DNA of 64,000 bases, taken from Gemmatimonadales bacterium. Lineage in GTDB: Bacteria; Gemmatimonadota; Gemmatimonadetes; Gemmatimonadales; GWC2-71-9. Shown in pieces: positions 1-9,533 of this stretch. The stretch lies in the NCBI GenBank assembly GCA_037189525.1, contig JBBCJC010000005.1, positions 800,001-864,000 of the forward strand. Reading direction: 5' to 3'. Every line of letters starts with the position of its first letter. The stretch's first letter is position 1. Below the pieces are notes generated by a model. The model was not told the DNA's origin and did no database searches. It saw only the letters and a list, made by a program, of their open reading frames with translations. A program made the translations under genes and the position numbers.

Positions 1-810
1 CGCCGCCTGACTTTGATACTCCATCCGGATCGCGTCTTCGGCGGTCATACCGGGAATGGCCAGCCGCTCTTCCACGGCCGCGCGCACCGGCGACACCAGC
101 GGGCCATACTCGCGCATCCGCTGCAGCAGGCGTACGGCGTAGGCCGTTTCCAACACACGTGGTAGCGCATCCAACGGCGCGACGGAATCGTTGCTGTCGA
201 TCAGACTGAGATACTGATCCGCTCGTCGGCGGGCATCGCGCGCGTGGAGCACCTCGTCGGCCAGGCGGCGAAGGTTCTCGATCAGCGCGGCCTTGAGCAT
301 GATCGGCCAGGCCCACAGTTCCCCGATGGTGAGCGGTGCCACGGTCTGAAAGGCGGCAACGAAGCGCGCCAGCTGCGATCGATCGAACCGTCCGTCGGTG
401 TGTCCGACCAGTTCGAGCGCCATGGCGTAGACCCGCGCGATGCCCGCCATCTCCCGCGACGCCAGCTTCGGAAGCTGGAGATAGTACGCCTGCGGCAGGT
501 CATGGCCGATTCCGCGGATCTCGGTCTCGATCAGATGAAAATTGTCGAGCAGCCATTCCGCAGCCGGCGGAACGAACTCGCCGCGATGGACATCGTCTGC
601 CAGGATACGGTAAGTATCTCGGAGGACTCGGAGGTTGTCCTTGATCCGAGTGAAGAAAGGACGAGTTCCGCGCCGACGGTTACGGGTCAGTGTAAAACGG
701 GCGGCGAGCAGTTTGGCCCGCTCCTCCAACCGCTCGATACTCAGCAACTCGGCACGGAGCGGTCTTTCGGCCCCGGGCCGGCGGCCGCCGCCGAAGAGGC
801 CGGATGACAC
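1..810 (-). CDS. Cyclic beta-1,2-glucan synthase (Cgs/NdvB-like), N-terminal part; runs off the window edge
   Basis: Not in the ORF track (no stop inside the window). Manual minus-strand translation from GTG 810 (or TTG 825) gives ...LRAELLSIERLEERAK...PPAAEWLLDNFHLIETEIRGIGHDLPQAYYLQLPKL...RVYAMALELVGHTDGRFD...LTIGELWAWPIMLKAALIENLRRLA, matching Cgs N-terminal motifs. Confidence 0.85.
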   Translation of the reverse strand, partial: MSSGLFGGGRRPGAERPLRAELLSIERLEERAKLLAARFTLTRNRRRGTRPFFTRIKDNLRVLRDTYRILADDVHRGEFVPPAAEWLLDNFHLIETEIRGIGHDLPQAYYLQLPKLASREMAGIARVYAMALELVGHTDGRFDRSQLARFVAAFQTVAPLTIGELWAWPIMLKAALIENLRRLADEVLHARDARRRADQYLSLIDSNDSVAPLDALPRVLETAYAVRLLQRMREYGPLVSPVRAAVEERLAIPGMTAEDAIRMEYQSQAA

Positions 811-1359
811 TGGGGTACTAGTCAAGGCGCGGAGCCCGATCACTTCGAACCGTTGGGCCGCGTGAATGGGGCGGAAAATCCTCCAAATGCATTTTTACTC
901 CTCTTACGACTCGCAATGTAGCGGGACGAGGTACCGGCGACGGTTATCTGGCCATTCCATGTGGAGACGAACATTCGTTCACATCCATCACTAGGGATCG
1001 CTCGCTCGGCCCACTCCGCCTCTACGACAAAGAACGGATCCGGCTGGCGTGGCATGCCGGCCGACTCGGAGGGAACGTCGTGGACAGCGAATGGGAGAGC
1101 TTGAGGCTCGCAACGTGAAAGGGCCAACAGTGCGACAGAAGAAAGGACTGCCCCGTTACGGATCGAGGCGGAATTGCCTGTCGGGAGGATTTCAGGTCGG
1201 CAAGTCAGGTGCGCGGACCAATGGCACAGGTGGACGATTTTGGTCCACAAGGGCGCAAAATGGCATCGCAGATTCCCCGTTGCGTCTCAAGAGGGCAGGA
1301 TAGGATTCGCCGTTGCCGGTGAGAAGTCACCTGGCGGTCGACGCTCCAACACCCGCTCA

Positions 1360-1407
1360 GGTTGACATCTTACCCAAGCATGACATTTTACAGGTAAGAT
1401 GTCTACC
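1360..1407 (+). promoter_or_regulatory. padR promoter with inverted-repeat operator
   Basis: GGTTGACATCTTACC (1360-1374) and GGTAAGATGTCTACC (1393-1407) form a 15-bp inverted repeat with 1 mismatch. It covers TTGACA (1362-1367) and the padR ATG at 1399. Confidence 0.7.
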
Positions 1408-1749
1408 CGAGAAGAGAACGAGCGCCTTGAGCTCCTCCAAGGAACGTTGGGTCTCCTGATCCTTCGGACGCTTGTCTTCGGACCGCAACACGGTCAGGGA
1501 ATCGCCCGCACCATTCAGGCGACGTCCGAAGACGAGCTTCTGGTGGAGCATGGCGCATTGTATCCGGCGCTCCAACGTCTGGAAGCGCAGGGATGGATCT
1601 CCGCCAAATGGGGCACCTCGGTGAATAATCGGAGGGCCCGGTTCTATTCGCTGACGGCCGCGGGCCGCAAACAACTGGCGAGGGAAACCAGCAAGTGGCA
1701 GCGTCTGGCAACGGCGATCGGTCGAGTCCTCGGAACCACGATGAACTAG
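1399..1749 (+). CDS. PadR-family transcriptional regulator (Acidobacteria-type)
   Basis: [54 protein letters not shown]; sits directly upstream of an ADOP permease. Confidence 0.93.
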   Translation: MSTREENERLELLQGTLGLLILRTLVFGPQHGQGIARTIQATSEDELLVEHGALYPALQRLEAQGWISAKWGTSVNNRRARFYSLTAAGRKQLARETSKWQRLATAIGRVLGTTMN

Positions 1750-1760
1750 GCAACGGAACC

Positions 1761-4412
1761 ATGCCACGAAGCGAGCGTCCCACATCGGACTTCGACGACG
1801 AGATCGAAGCACACCTCCAGCTCGAGGCGGACCGACTCCGACAGCTGGGATCGAGCGATGCGGAAGCGAATGCCGCAGCGCGACGATCGTTCGGCAACGT
1901 GGGTCAGACCAAGGAACGTTTCTACGAGCGTGGCCGTTGGCTCTGGTGGGACCAACTCCGCCAGGATGTCCGATTGAGCTTCCGCACCCTGCTCAGGAGT
2001 CCGGGATTCACGGCAGTCGCGGTACTCACGTTGGCGCTCGGGATCGGCGCCAACACCGCCATCTACTCGGTTGTGGACGCCATCCTTCTCCGCCCCCTCC
2101 CCTATCCGGAGTCCGACCGGATCGTCCGCGTGGCCGCAACACGGCATGCATCTGCTCAGCTTCCGGGATACTCGGGTTCCGGCGGCCGCGATCGGGAAGC
2201 GCACTTCTCAGACCGCGGCTACTGGCACTTCGCTCGATACAACCGCACCTTCACAATCTTCGGAGGATATCGTCCACAACCTCGCCATGTCCCTCTGACC
2301 GGCGAGGACACACCGCAGCAGGTGATCCTGGCGCAGATGACGCGGAGCGCTTTCGACGTACTCGGCATCTCACCCGAGCTCGGCCGCCTTCCCACGCTAT
2401 CGGAGGACCAACCGAACGGGCCGAACGTCGCGCTCCTGAGCCACGATTTCTGGGTGAATCACTACGGTGCCGATGCTTCGATCGTTGGTCGCACGATCGA
2501 GCTCTTCGGGGTCTCCACCGAGGTCATTGGCATCATGCCCAGCTGGTACAACTTCCCTACTCCCGCGACCGAAGTCTGGATTCCCCTTCGACTCGACCCC
2601 GGAAGTCCACACTACGAGGGTCACAATATCGCGGCTATTGCCCGACTTGCTTCCGATGCAACGGTACAATCGGCCACGCACGATGCACAGCGACTGATCT
2701 CACAGTTCACCGAAGTCGGGTATGGAGCCGAATGGCTCGTCCGCGTCTTCGACGGCGGCGCCAGAGTGTGGCGACTCCAGGATGATGTGGTGGGAGACGT
2801 TCGCCTTTCCCTGTTCGTTGTCTTCGGAACGGTGGGCCTCGTGCTCCTCATCGCGTGTGGTAACGTCGCCAACCTCCTTCTAGTACGCGCCGATGGCCGG
2901 AACCGTGAGAGCGCGGTCCGGTTGGCCCTGGGATGTGGACGCGGCAGGCTGATCCGGCATGCCTGCACGGAGATCGTCATCCTGGTACTGGCGGGGGGAG
3001 CGCTTGGACTCCTCGTCGCACTGCTCGCCACCCAAGCGCTTGCTGCCATCGGGCCTAGCGGCATTCCGCGCCTCGATGAGGTCGGCATCCGAGGATCGGC
3101 GATCGTATTTACCTCCGTCGTTTCTCTGGCCACCGCCGTCCTGTTCGGGACACTACCGGCGCTCGAAGCGGGATCCCGAAAAGCGTTGTCGGCCCTCCAA
3201 ACCGGAGCACAAGGAGCCGGCGGGAAGCGCCGAAATCGCGTGCGGAACACGTTACTCGTCGCCCAGGTGGCTCTCGCCGTAGTGGTGCTCGCGGGGTCGG
3301 GGCTAATGATGCGCACCTTCCGAACCCTACGGTCCCTCGACCCTGGGTTCGACCCGCGACATGTCCTGACGTTCGACCTCCGTCCTCTCGCAACGACATA
3401 TCGAAGTCCAGCGGCACTGGTGCAGTTCTATGAGCAGCTGACGGAACGGCTCCAGTCGTTACCCGGTATCGTCCATGCCGGGGCGGTCGATTATCTCCCG
3501 CTCACCCAGGGGCCAGGGATGATCCTGAGAGCGGTCGTCGCGGAGCAACCGCAAACCGAGGAGCTCACACCCACGTTTCTGGTTCGGCGTGCGAGCCCGC
3601 AATACTTCGACGCGATGAGCATTCCGATCGTCGAGGGTCGCTCGTTCACGCTGGACGACCATCGCCAGCGCTCGGGCGCCGTAATCATCAGCCACTCGAT
3701 CAAGCGGAGATACTGGCCACACGAAAGCGCTCTCGACAAGCGCATCACAATCGAAGGAGTCCTCCCCGGGAGGATCGTCGGGGTCGTCGGAGACGTTCAC
3801 GATGTCGCACTCGAAACCCCCGCCGAGCCGTTCATTTACCTGCCCATGATCGATTCGCTCGGCACCGGTGGCGACCCCATGACGTTCGTGATCCGAGCCG
3901 AGGACGACCCCCGCGGTCTGATTCCGACAGTTCGCGACGCGATCGCCAAGTTGGACCCCGAACTTCCGATCGGTACTCCACGAAGCGTGGAGTCCATCGT
4001 GAACGACTCGATCAGTCGGACGACCTTCACGATGATGCTGCTCGTGCTTGGCGCTGGGGTCGCGTTGCTCCTCGGATCGGTCGGTGTTTACGGGGTCATC
4101 GCATACATCGTGGCGCAGCGCACGCCCGAGATCGCCATTCGACTTGCGCTAGGGTCGGCGCCGCGCAAGGCCGGGGCTTTGGTGCTGGCGCAAGGTATGC
4201 GTCTTGCGAGCTTCGGTGTGTTGATCGGTCTTGCCGGCGCCGCCGCGCTGGGAAGGGTGCTGGCATCCCTTCTGTTCGAGGTAAGCCCTCTCGATCCGAT
4301 CTCCCTGATCGGAGCTGCTGTCCTCTTCCTCGCAATGGCGTTCGTGGCCACGTCGCTTCCTGCACGGCGCGCTACCAACACCAACCCCATGGCCGTGCTT
4401 CGGAACGATTGA
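1761..4412 (+). CDS. ADOP-family duplicated MacB/FtsX-like ABC permease
   Basis: DDEIEAHL...ARRSFGNV prefix, [51 protein letters not shown]-terminal PARRA..NPMAVLR. ATG 1761 follows the padR stop. Confidence 0.93.
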   Translation: MPRSERPTSDFDDEIEAHLQLEADRLRQLGSSDAEANAAARRSFGNVGQTKERFYERGRWLWWDQLRQDVRLSFRTLLRSPGFTAVAVLTLALGIGANTAIYSVVDAILLRPLPYPESDRIVRVAATRHASAQLPGYSGSGGRDREAHFSDRGYWHFARYNRTFTIFGGYRPQPRHVPLTGEDTPQQVILAQMTRSAFDVLGISPELGRLPTLSEDQPNGPNVALLSHDFWVNHYGADASIVGRTIELFGVSTEVIGIMPSWYNFPTPATEVWIPLRLDPGSPHYEGHNIAAIARLASDATVQSATHDAQRLISQFTEVGYGAEWLVRVFDGGARVWRLQDDVVGDVRLSLFVVFGTVGLVLLIACGNVANLLLVRADGRNRESAVRLALGCGRGRLIRHACTEIVILVLAGGALGLLVALLATQALAAIGPSGIPRLDEVGIRGSAIVFTSVVSLATAVLFGTLPALEAGSRKALSALQTGAQGAGGKRRNRVRNTLLVAQVALAVVVLAGSGLMMRTFRTLRSLDPGFDPRHVLTFDLRPLATTYRSPAALVQFYEQLTERLQSLPGIVHAGAVDYLPLTQGPGMILRAVVAEQPQTEELTPTFLVRRASPQYFDAMSIPIVEGRSFTLDDHRQRSGAVIISHSIKRRYWPHESALDKRITIEGVLPGRIVGVVGDVHDVALETPAEPFIYLPMIDSLGTGGDPMTFVIRAEDDPRGLIPTVRDAIAKLDPELPIGTPRSVESIVNDSISRTTFTMMLLVLGAGVALLLGSVGVYGVIAYIVAQRTPEIAIRLALGSAPRKAGALVLAQGMRLASFGVLIGLAGAAALGRVLASLLFEVSPLDPISLIGAAVLFLAMAFVATSLPARRATNTNPMAVLRND

Positions 4413-4688
4413 CGGTCGCTACCCCTTCCCTTGTCCCGCCTGGCACTAGACGATCTCGGCCGAACTCGTCCCAGTCACCCTACGTTCTTCCGAGGAACCG
4501 GAGCACGAGAGTCCAAGAGTACAGCAGATGCCGTCCGACTATCGTCTCGACGGAAGGGTGACATTGTACGTAGATTCCCAGTTCTACGGACAACGAGCAT
4601 CGGAGCTTCTTCGGTTCGATTGCGAATTCAAGAAGTACCGTTGGTGTGGCTGGATCGATCAACCGGAATCGAAACCGCCCGAGGTGTG

Positions 4689-5372
4689 ATGAGCCAGGAA
4701 CGACGATACGATGAACAGGAAGTCGCCGAGATCCTGGAGCGTGCCACCGCCCTCGAGGCGACGGGCGCGCCGGTTCGCTCCCCCGCTTCGACCGGCCTCA
4801 CCCTGGCACAGTTGCAGGAAATCGGTGCCGAAGTGGGCATTCCGGCCGAGCGAATCGCGGAAGCGACTCGCGCAGTTGCCAACCGAATGCCCAGCCCAGA
4901 GGTGCGAACCTTCCTGGGTGAGCCCCGTTCGGTATCACGAACCGTTTCCATTCCCCGGGCGCTCGACGATGCCGAGTGGACCCGCCTGGTGGTGGACCTT
5001 CGCGAGACGTTCGGCGCCGAGGGGCAGATTCGGGTTCACGGCCCACTCCGTTCTTGGAGCAACGGAAACCTGCGGGTCCACGTCGAGCCGGACGGCGATC
5101 GCTATCGGGTCCGGATGCAGACGCTCAAGGGCGATACGCTCCCCCGGGCGGCAATGGGAGGGGTGATCGCAGGCACGGGCGGGTTCCTGTTTCTCTCGGC
5201 CTCTGGAGGCGGACTGCCGCCGGTGGGAGTAGCCGTAATGGCAGCGGTTATGGCGCTAGGTGGGCTGAGCCAGGTGATCTACGCCCGCGCCCGCTTACCC
5301 GGCTGGGCAGCCGAGCGAGCGGCGCAAATGGAGGCGCTGGCCGAGCGGATCACGCGACTCGTCGGTGAATAG
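4689..5372 (+). CDS. Hypothetical membrane protein with two C-terminal TM helices
   Basis: MSQERRYDEQEVAEILERA...GLTLAQLQEIGAEVGIP N-terminus; GAGG upstream of ATG 4689; hydrophobic hairpin near the C-terminus. Confidence 0.75.
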   Translation: MSQERRYDEQEVAEILERATALEATGAPVRSPASTGLTLAQLQEIGAEVGIPAERIAEATRAVANRMPSPEVRTFLGEPRSVSRTVSIPRALDDAEWTRLVVDLRETFGAEGQIRVHGPLRSWSNGNLRVHVEPDGDRYRVRMQTLKGDTLPRAAMGGVIAGTGGFLFLSASGGGLPPVGVAVMAAVMALGGLSQVIYARARLPGWAAERAAQMEALAERITRLVGE

Positions 5373-5810
5373 CTAACGTCCAGATGACGGCTTCTTCAAA
5401 GGAACAAGCTCGACGGAGAGTCCCGGCACCCGCTTGAATTCCGCCGCGTTCGTGGTCATGACCGCGAGAGAGTTTGCGATGGCGACGGACGCGATCCAGA
5501 GATCGTGGGCACCGATCAAACGTCCGGTCGCCCGCAGTTCGCTCCACAACTTGGCATGCACTCGCGATGCAGGAAGGTCGATCTCGACGATCGGGAACGC
5601 GGCAAGCACGGCTTCCACGAACGCTGAGCGGGCCATTTGGCGTCGAGGCGAGTCGGCAAGGTGAACGCCATGGAGTAACTCGCTGGCAGTAATGACGGAG
5701 AGATAGGTCAGATCGAGCCGGCCGGCCGTTATGGCCCCCAACTCGAGGCGCCCGCGTTCGGCAGCGATGATGACCGAGCTATCGAGCAGAACGCCGGTCA
5801 CACCTGCCAT
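5373..5810 (-). CDS. vapC: VapC-family PIN-domain toxin
   Basis: LLDSSVII, ITASELLHG, IGAHDLWIASVA, TTNAAEFKRVPGL carry the PIN acidic residues; overlaps the antitoxin stop. Confidence 0.92.
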   Translation of the reverse strand: MAGVTGVLLDSSVIIAAERGRLELGAITAGRLDLTYLSVITASELLHGVHLADSPRRQMARSAFVEAVLAAFPIVEIDLPASRVHAKLWSELRATGRLIGAHDLWIASVAIANSLAVMTTNAAEFKRVPGLSVELVPLKKPSSGR

Positions 5811-6076
5811 GGATCACGCAGCGGCTTGGCATCGAGTGCCTTCCGGCTGGCTCTCACATCCGCCTCGAAGGCCGCCGCATCCTCAGCGGAAAGATGTGGA
5901 AGCGCCTCGAACAAAGCCGGCAACTCGGCAAGCGGGAAACCGGGATGCACCGGACGCAGCTCGGCTACCGGTCGGTTCCCCCGCAGCAGCACGAATCGCT
6001 CCCGCCTGAACACGACACGATTGATGTATTCCGAGAAGTGGCGCGCCACTTCAGTGACCGTTCTCCGAGCTGACAT
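5798..6076 (-). CDS. Phd/YefM-family antitoxin
   Basis: TVTEVARHFSEYINRV...FVLLRGNRPVAELRP; lies directly upstream of vapC. Confidence 0.88.
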   Translation of the reverse strand: MSARRTVTEVARHFSEYINRVVFRRERFVLLRGNRPVAELRPVHPGFPLAELPALFEALPHLSAEDAAAFEADVRASRKALDAKPLRDPWQV

Positions 6077-6140
6077 GCCATCATATTATCAGATTCCATG
6101 AGAGCAGCAAGTCCCCACAACACCATAAGCCGCGGTGTCG

Positions 6141-6184
6141 CAAAGACAAAGTCCCGCACGACTCGGTAAGTCGTTGCGGGACAA
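6141..6184 (-). terminator. Intrinsic terminator after tRNA-Ile
   Basis: Minus strand reads GTCCCGCAACGACT-taccg-AGTCGTGCGGGAC followed by TTTGTCTTT. Confidence 0.7.
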
Positions 6185-6196
6185 TGATTAATGAAA

Positions 6197-6270
<74 letters not shown>

Positions 6271-6382
6271 CAACTGGCGCCGCTCCCTATCGAGAACAGC
6301 CCTTTAGGATAGCCACCAACCATCCAGCTGCGCAACCTCACGCGGGGGATCCACCCGATCTCCCGCGCCCGGATGCGACCGG

Positions 6383-6592
6383 CTACTCCTCGTCCTCGTC
6401 GTCGACGTCGAAGCCGAAATCTTCGTCGAGTTCGTCCTCATCCTCGTCTTCGAACTCGTCATCGCCATCGCCATCGAACTCGTCGTCCTCGTCTTCATCA
6501 TCGAACGAGAAACCGTCGCCGTCATCTTCCTCGTCTTCATCGAACCGACGACGCAGCTCAACGTCTTCAAATGACGCCCACACGGCCGACAT
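6383..6592 (-). CDS. Small hyper-acidic protein (69 aa)
   Basis: Strong RBS (AGGAAGGCAGGAGG) before ATG 6592; product MSAVWASFEDVELRRRFDEDEEDDGDGFSFDDED...EE. Confidence 0.75.
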   Translation of the reverse strand: MSAVWASFEDVELRRRFDEDEEDDGDGFSFDDEDEDDEFDGDGDDEFEDEDEDELDEDFGFDVDDEDEE

Positions 6593-6638
6593 GGAGCCTC
6601 CTGCCTTCCTGGAGATTGAGGGTAGCACAGTACGCATC

Positions 6639-8483
6639 TTACGCATTCGCCTCCCGGGCCATGGCCCGAGCAACCTTCCGACGCTCCGTCTGAGGCAGGA
6701 TCCGCTTCCGAAGTCGAATCGTTTCCGGCGTGACTTCGATCAACTCATCATCCTCGATGTACTCGAGCGCATACTCCAACGTAATGTCGCGCGGCGGCTC
6801 CAGCATGACGTTTTCGTCCGACGCCGTCGTGCGCATATTAGTCAACTTTTTCTCTTTGGCTACGTTGACGTCCATGTCCTCGGGCCGCGAGTTCTCACCC
6901 ACGATCATCCCCTCATAGACATCCACACCTGGCGCCACGAACAGCGAGGCGCGCTCCTGCAAATTCCCCAGCGCAAATGCCACCGCGCGGCCTTCCCGGT
7001 CCGCCACCAGCACGCCGCGCTTCCGCCCAGCCAGCGGGCCGGCCCAAGGACCGTACTCCAGGTACCGGTGATGTAACGTTCCCGTGCCCCGAGTATCGGT
7101 CAGGAACTCGGAACGGTAGCCGAAGAGCCCCCGCGCCGGAATCTTGAACATCAGCCGAACGGTGCCTTGCCCCGCATTCCGCATCTCGACCATCTCGGCC
7201 CGGCGCGGACCGAGCTTTTCCATCACCGCCCCCATGTACGTCTCGGCGACATCGACCATCAACTCTTCATACGGCTCGAGCCGCTGGCCGTCCGCCCCTT
7301 CGCGCGTAATGACCCGGGGCCGGGAGACCTGGAACTCGTATCCCTCGCGCCGCATCGTTTCCATCAGGATGCCCAGGTGGAGCTCACCCCGGCCGCTGAC
7401 CGCCAGCGTATCGGGCGAATCCGTCTCCTCGACTTTGAGCGCCACGTTGCGCTCGAGTTCCTTGAAGAGCCGGTCCCGCACCTGGCGACTGGTGACGAAC
7501 TTGCCCTCACGTCCCGAAAACGGCGAGTTGTTGAGCGCGAAATCGACCGAAATGGTCGGCAACTCGACCGCGATGCCCGCCAACCGCTCGGGATGCTCGA
7601 CCTCGGTCAGCGTCTTGCTGATGTCGATCCCGTCGAATCCGGAGACCACCACGATGTCGCCGGCGGACGCCTCGGGAACCTCGACCCGCGACAGCCCTTC
7701 GAACGTAAAGAGCTTGCTGATCCGGCTCCGCTCGATCCCCTCGGTCACCAGCCCCGGCTCACCCAGCGGCAGGAGCGCAATCGGATCGCCCACCTTGACC
7801 CGCCCCCGCTCGATCCGACCGATGCCCAGCCGGCCGAGGAAGGCCGAGTGGTCGAGGGTCGAGATCAGCATCTGGAAAGGCCCCTCGGGGTCGCCCTTGG
7901 GCGGCGGGACATGGGCCACGATGGCGTCGAACAGCGGCTCCAGATCGGTCCCCGGCGCCTCCAGCGACTTCGAGGCCGTTCCCTGCCGGCTCGAGGTGTA
8001 CAGGAACGGAGCCTCCAACTGCTCGTGCGAGGCCTCGAGGTCGATGAAGAGACCCAGCACCTCGTCATGTACCCTGTACGGCTCGGCGTCCGCCCGGTCG
8101 ATCTTGTTGATCGCCACGATCGGGGTGAGACCGAGTCCCAACGCCTTCCGGGTCACGAAACGGGTCTGGGGCATAGGCCCCTCGGCCGCATCGACCAGAA
8201 TCAGCACGCCGTCGACCATGCGCAGGATCCGCTCGACCTCGCCTCCAAAGTCGGCGTGGCCAGGCGTGTCGACGATGTTGATCTTGGTACCCTTCCACCG
8301 AACGGCTGTGTTCTTCGCGAGAATGGTGATCCCGCGCTCCCGTTCGAGCGGATTGGAATCCATCACCCGCTCTTCGACCTGCTGATTGTCACGGAAGACC
8401 CCCGCCTGGCGGAGCATCTGGTCCACCAGCGTGGTCTTCCCGTGGTCTACGTGCGCGATGATTGCGATGTTCCGAATTTGCAC
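6639..8483 (-). CDS. typA: Translational GTPase TypA/BipA
   Basis: [62 protein letters not shown] start at 8483. Confidence 0.98.
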   Translation of the reverse strand: MQIRNIAIIAHVDHGKTTLVDQMLRQAGVFRDNQQVEERVMDSNPLERERGITILAKNTAVRWKGTKINIVDTPGHADFGGEVERILRMVDGVLILVDAAEGPMPQTRFVTRKALGLGLTPIVAINKIDRADAEPYRVHDEVLGLFIDLEASHEQLEAPFLYTSSRQGTASKSLEAPGTDLEPLFDAIVAHVPPPKGDPEGPFQMLISTLDHSAFLGRLGIGRIERGRVKVGDPIALLPLGEPGLVTEGIERSRISKLFTFEGLSRVEVPEASAGDIVVVSGFDGIDISKTLTEVEHPERLAGIAVELPTISVDFALNNSPFSGREGKFVTSRQVRDRLFKELERNVALKVEETDSPDTLAVSGRGELHLGILMETMRREGYEFQVSRPRVITREGADGQRLEPYEELMVDVAETYMGAVMEKLGPRRAEMVEMRNAGQGTVRLMFKIPARGLFGYRSEFLTDTRGTGTLHHRYLEYGPWAGPLAGRKRGVLVADREGRAVAFALGNLQERASLFVAPGVDVYEGMIVGENSRPEDMDVNVAKEKKLTNMRTTASDENVMLEPPRDITLEYALEYIEDDELIEVTPETIRLRKRILPQTERRKVARAMAREANA

Positions 8484-8554
8484 AGCCCGGCCCCCTTGCG
8501 CGGCCATATATAGGGACTGCCCTGGGAGGGCGCAAGGGACAGGCCAGATCGGCC

Positions 8555-9490
8555 CTAATGGCGGTGGGACCCGGGTCCGGCCCCATGGTGATGGTGATCA
8601 TGGCCACCGTGCCCGGCCAGCGTCCGATGACCTCCCCGGAGGAGGCAGTCGAGCCCGTCGCAATGGTCCTCGATCTCGAGTTGCAGGGTCGAGTGCTGGA
8701 TTCCCAGATCGGTCAGCTGGTGGAGCATTTCCCGCAGCGCGGCAGGGTGACGCGTCAGGTCAGGTACCAGCGCGTGGCCGCTCATGGCCACCACGCCGCT
8801 GGTCACGGTCCAGACGTGGAGGTCGTGGACATCCGTGACGCCCTCGACGCCCAGTAGCCGGTCCCGAACCTGGTCGAGAGGCACATGGGGCGGCGCTGCC
8901 TCCAGCAACACCGAGGTGCTCTCGCGGAGCAACCTCCAGGCTGCCCAGAAAATGACCACGGACAGGATGATCGACACGATCGGGTCGGCCGCGGTCCAGC
9001 CGGTAAACCAGACCACCACCGCCGCCAGCAGCGCACCGACCGAACCCAGGGCATCGCTCAGGACGTGCAGGTACGCGCCCCGCACGTTGAGGCCGCCGTG
9101 CCGGACATCGTGCAGCACTCGCAGACTGACCAGGTTGATCAGCAGCCCGGCCACCGCCGCCGCCAGGAAGATGCCCACCCGGATCGGTTGCGGATTGCCG
9201 ATCCGCTCGACGGCCTCGAAGATGACGGCGATCGCGATCCCGATCAGCGCGACGCTGTTGACGACCGCCGCAAAGATCTCGAGCCGGAGGTAGCCGAACG
9301 TCTTCGACGGCGAGGCCGGCCGCCGGGCTAGCCACGCCGTGAAAGCCGCCAGCGACAGCGCACCGACATCGACCAGCATGTGCCCGGCATCGGCCAGCAG
9401 GGCCAGCGACCCGCTGATCCAGCCCGCGACGGCCTCGATAACCATGAAGATCGAGGCCAGGACCAGGACCAGAATCAACTTGCGCGACAC
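8555..9490 (-). CDS. Cation diffusion facilitator (CzcD/ZitB-like) with His-rich C-terminus
   Basis: SGSLALLADAGHM, TFGYLRLE, NVRGAYLHVLSDALGS, VHDLHVW, HSTLQLE. Start set at GTG 9490 (approximate). Confidence 0.93.
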   Translation of the reverse strand: MSRKLILVLVLASIFMVIEAVAGWISGSLALLADAGHMLVDVGALSLAAFTAWLARRPASPSKTFGYLRLEIFAAVVNSVALIGIAIAVIFEAVERIGNPQPIRVGIFLAAAVAGLLINLVSLRVLHDVRHGGLNVRGAYLHVLSDALGSVGALLAAVVVWFTGWTAADPIVSIILSVVIFWAAWRLLRESTSVLLEAAPPHVPLDQVRDRLLGVEGVTDVHDLHVWTVTSGVVAMSGHALVPDLTRHPAALREMLHQLTDLGIQHSTLQLEIEDHCDGLDCLLRGGHRTLAGHGGHDHHHHGAGPGSHRH

Positions 9491-9533
9491 GACCTCTCGC
9501 TCCGGCCGGGTCGCGCTACTAACGTTGTGGCGT

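Noticed and set aside
244..807. 187-aa plus-strand ORF
   Set aside because: Antisense shadow of the minus-strand Cgs gene, which has clear family motifs.
826..1350. Short ORFs in the cgs-padR intergenic region, including 840..1250
   Set aside because: No recognisable motifs or RBS and atypical codon usage; cannot be supported without a search.
6386..6545. TCGTCC/TCATCG-type repeats as a tandem repeat or CRISPR array
   Set aside because: Explained by Asp/Glu codons of the acidic protein; no repeat-spacer structure and no cas genes.
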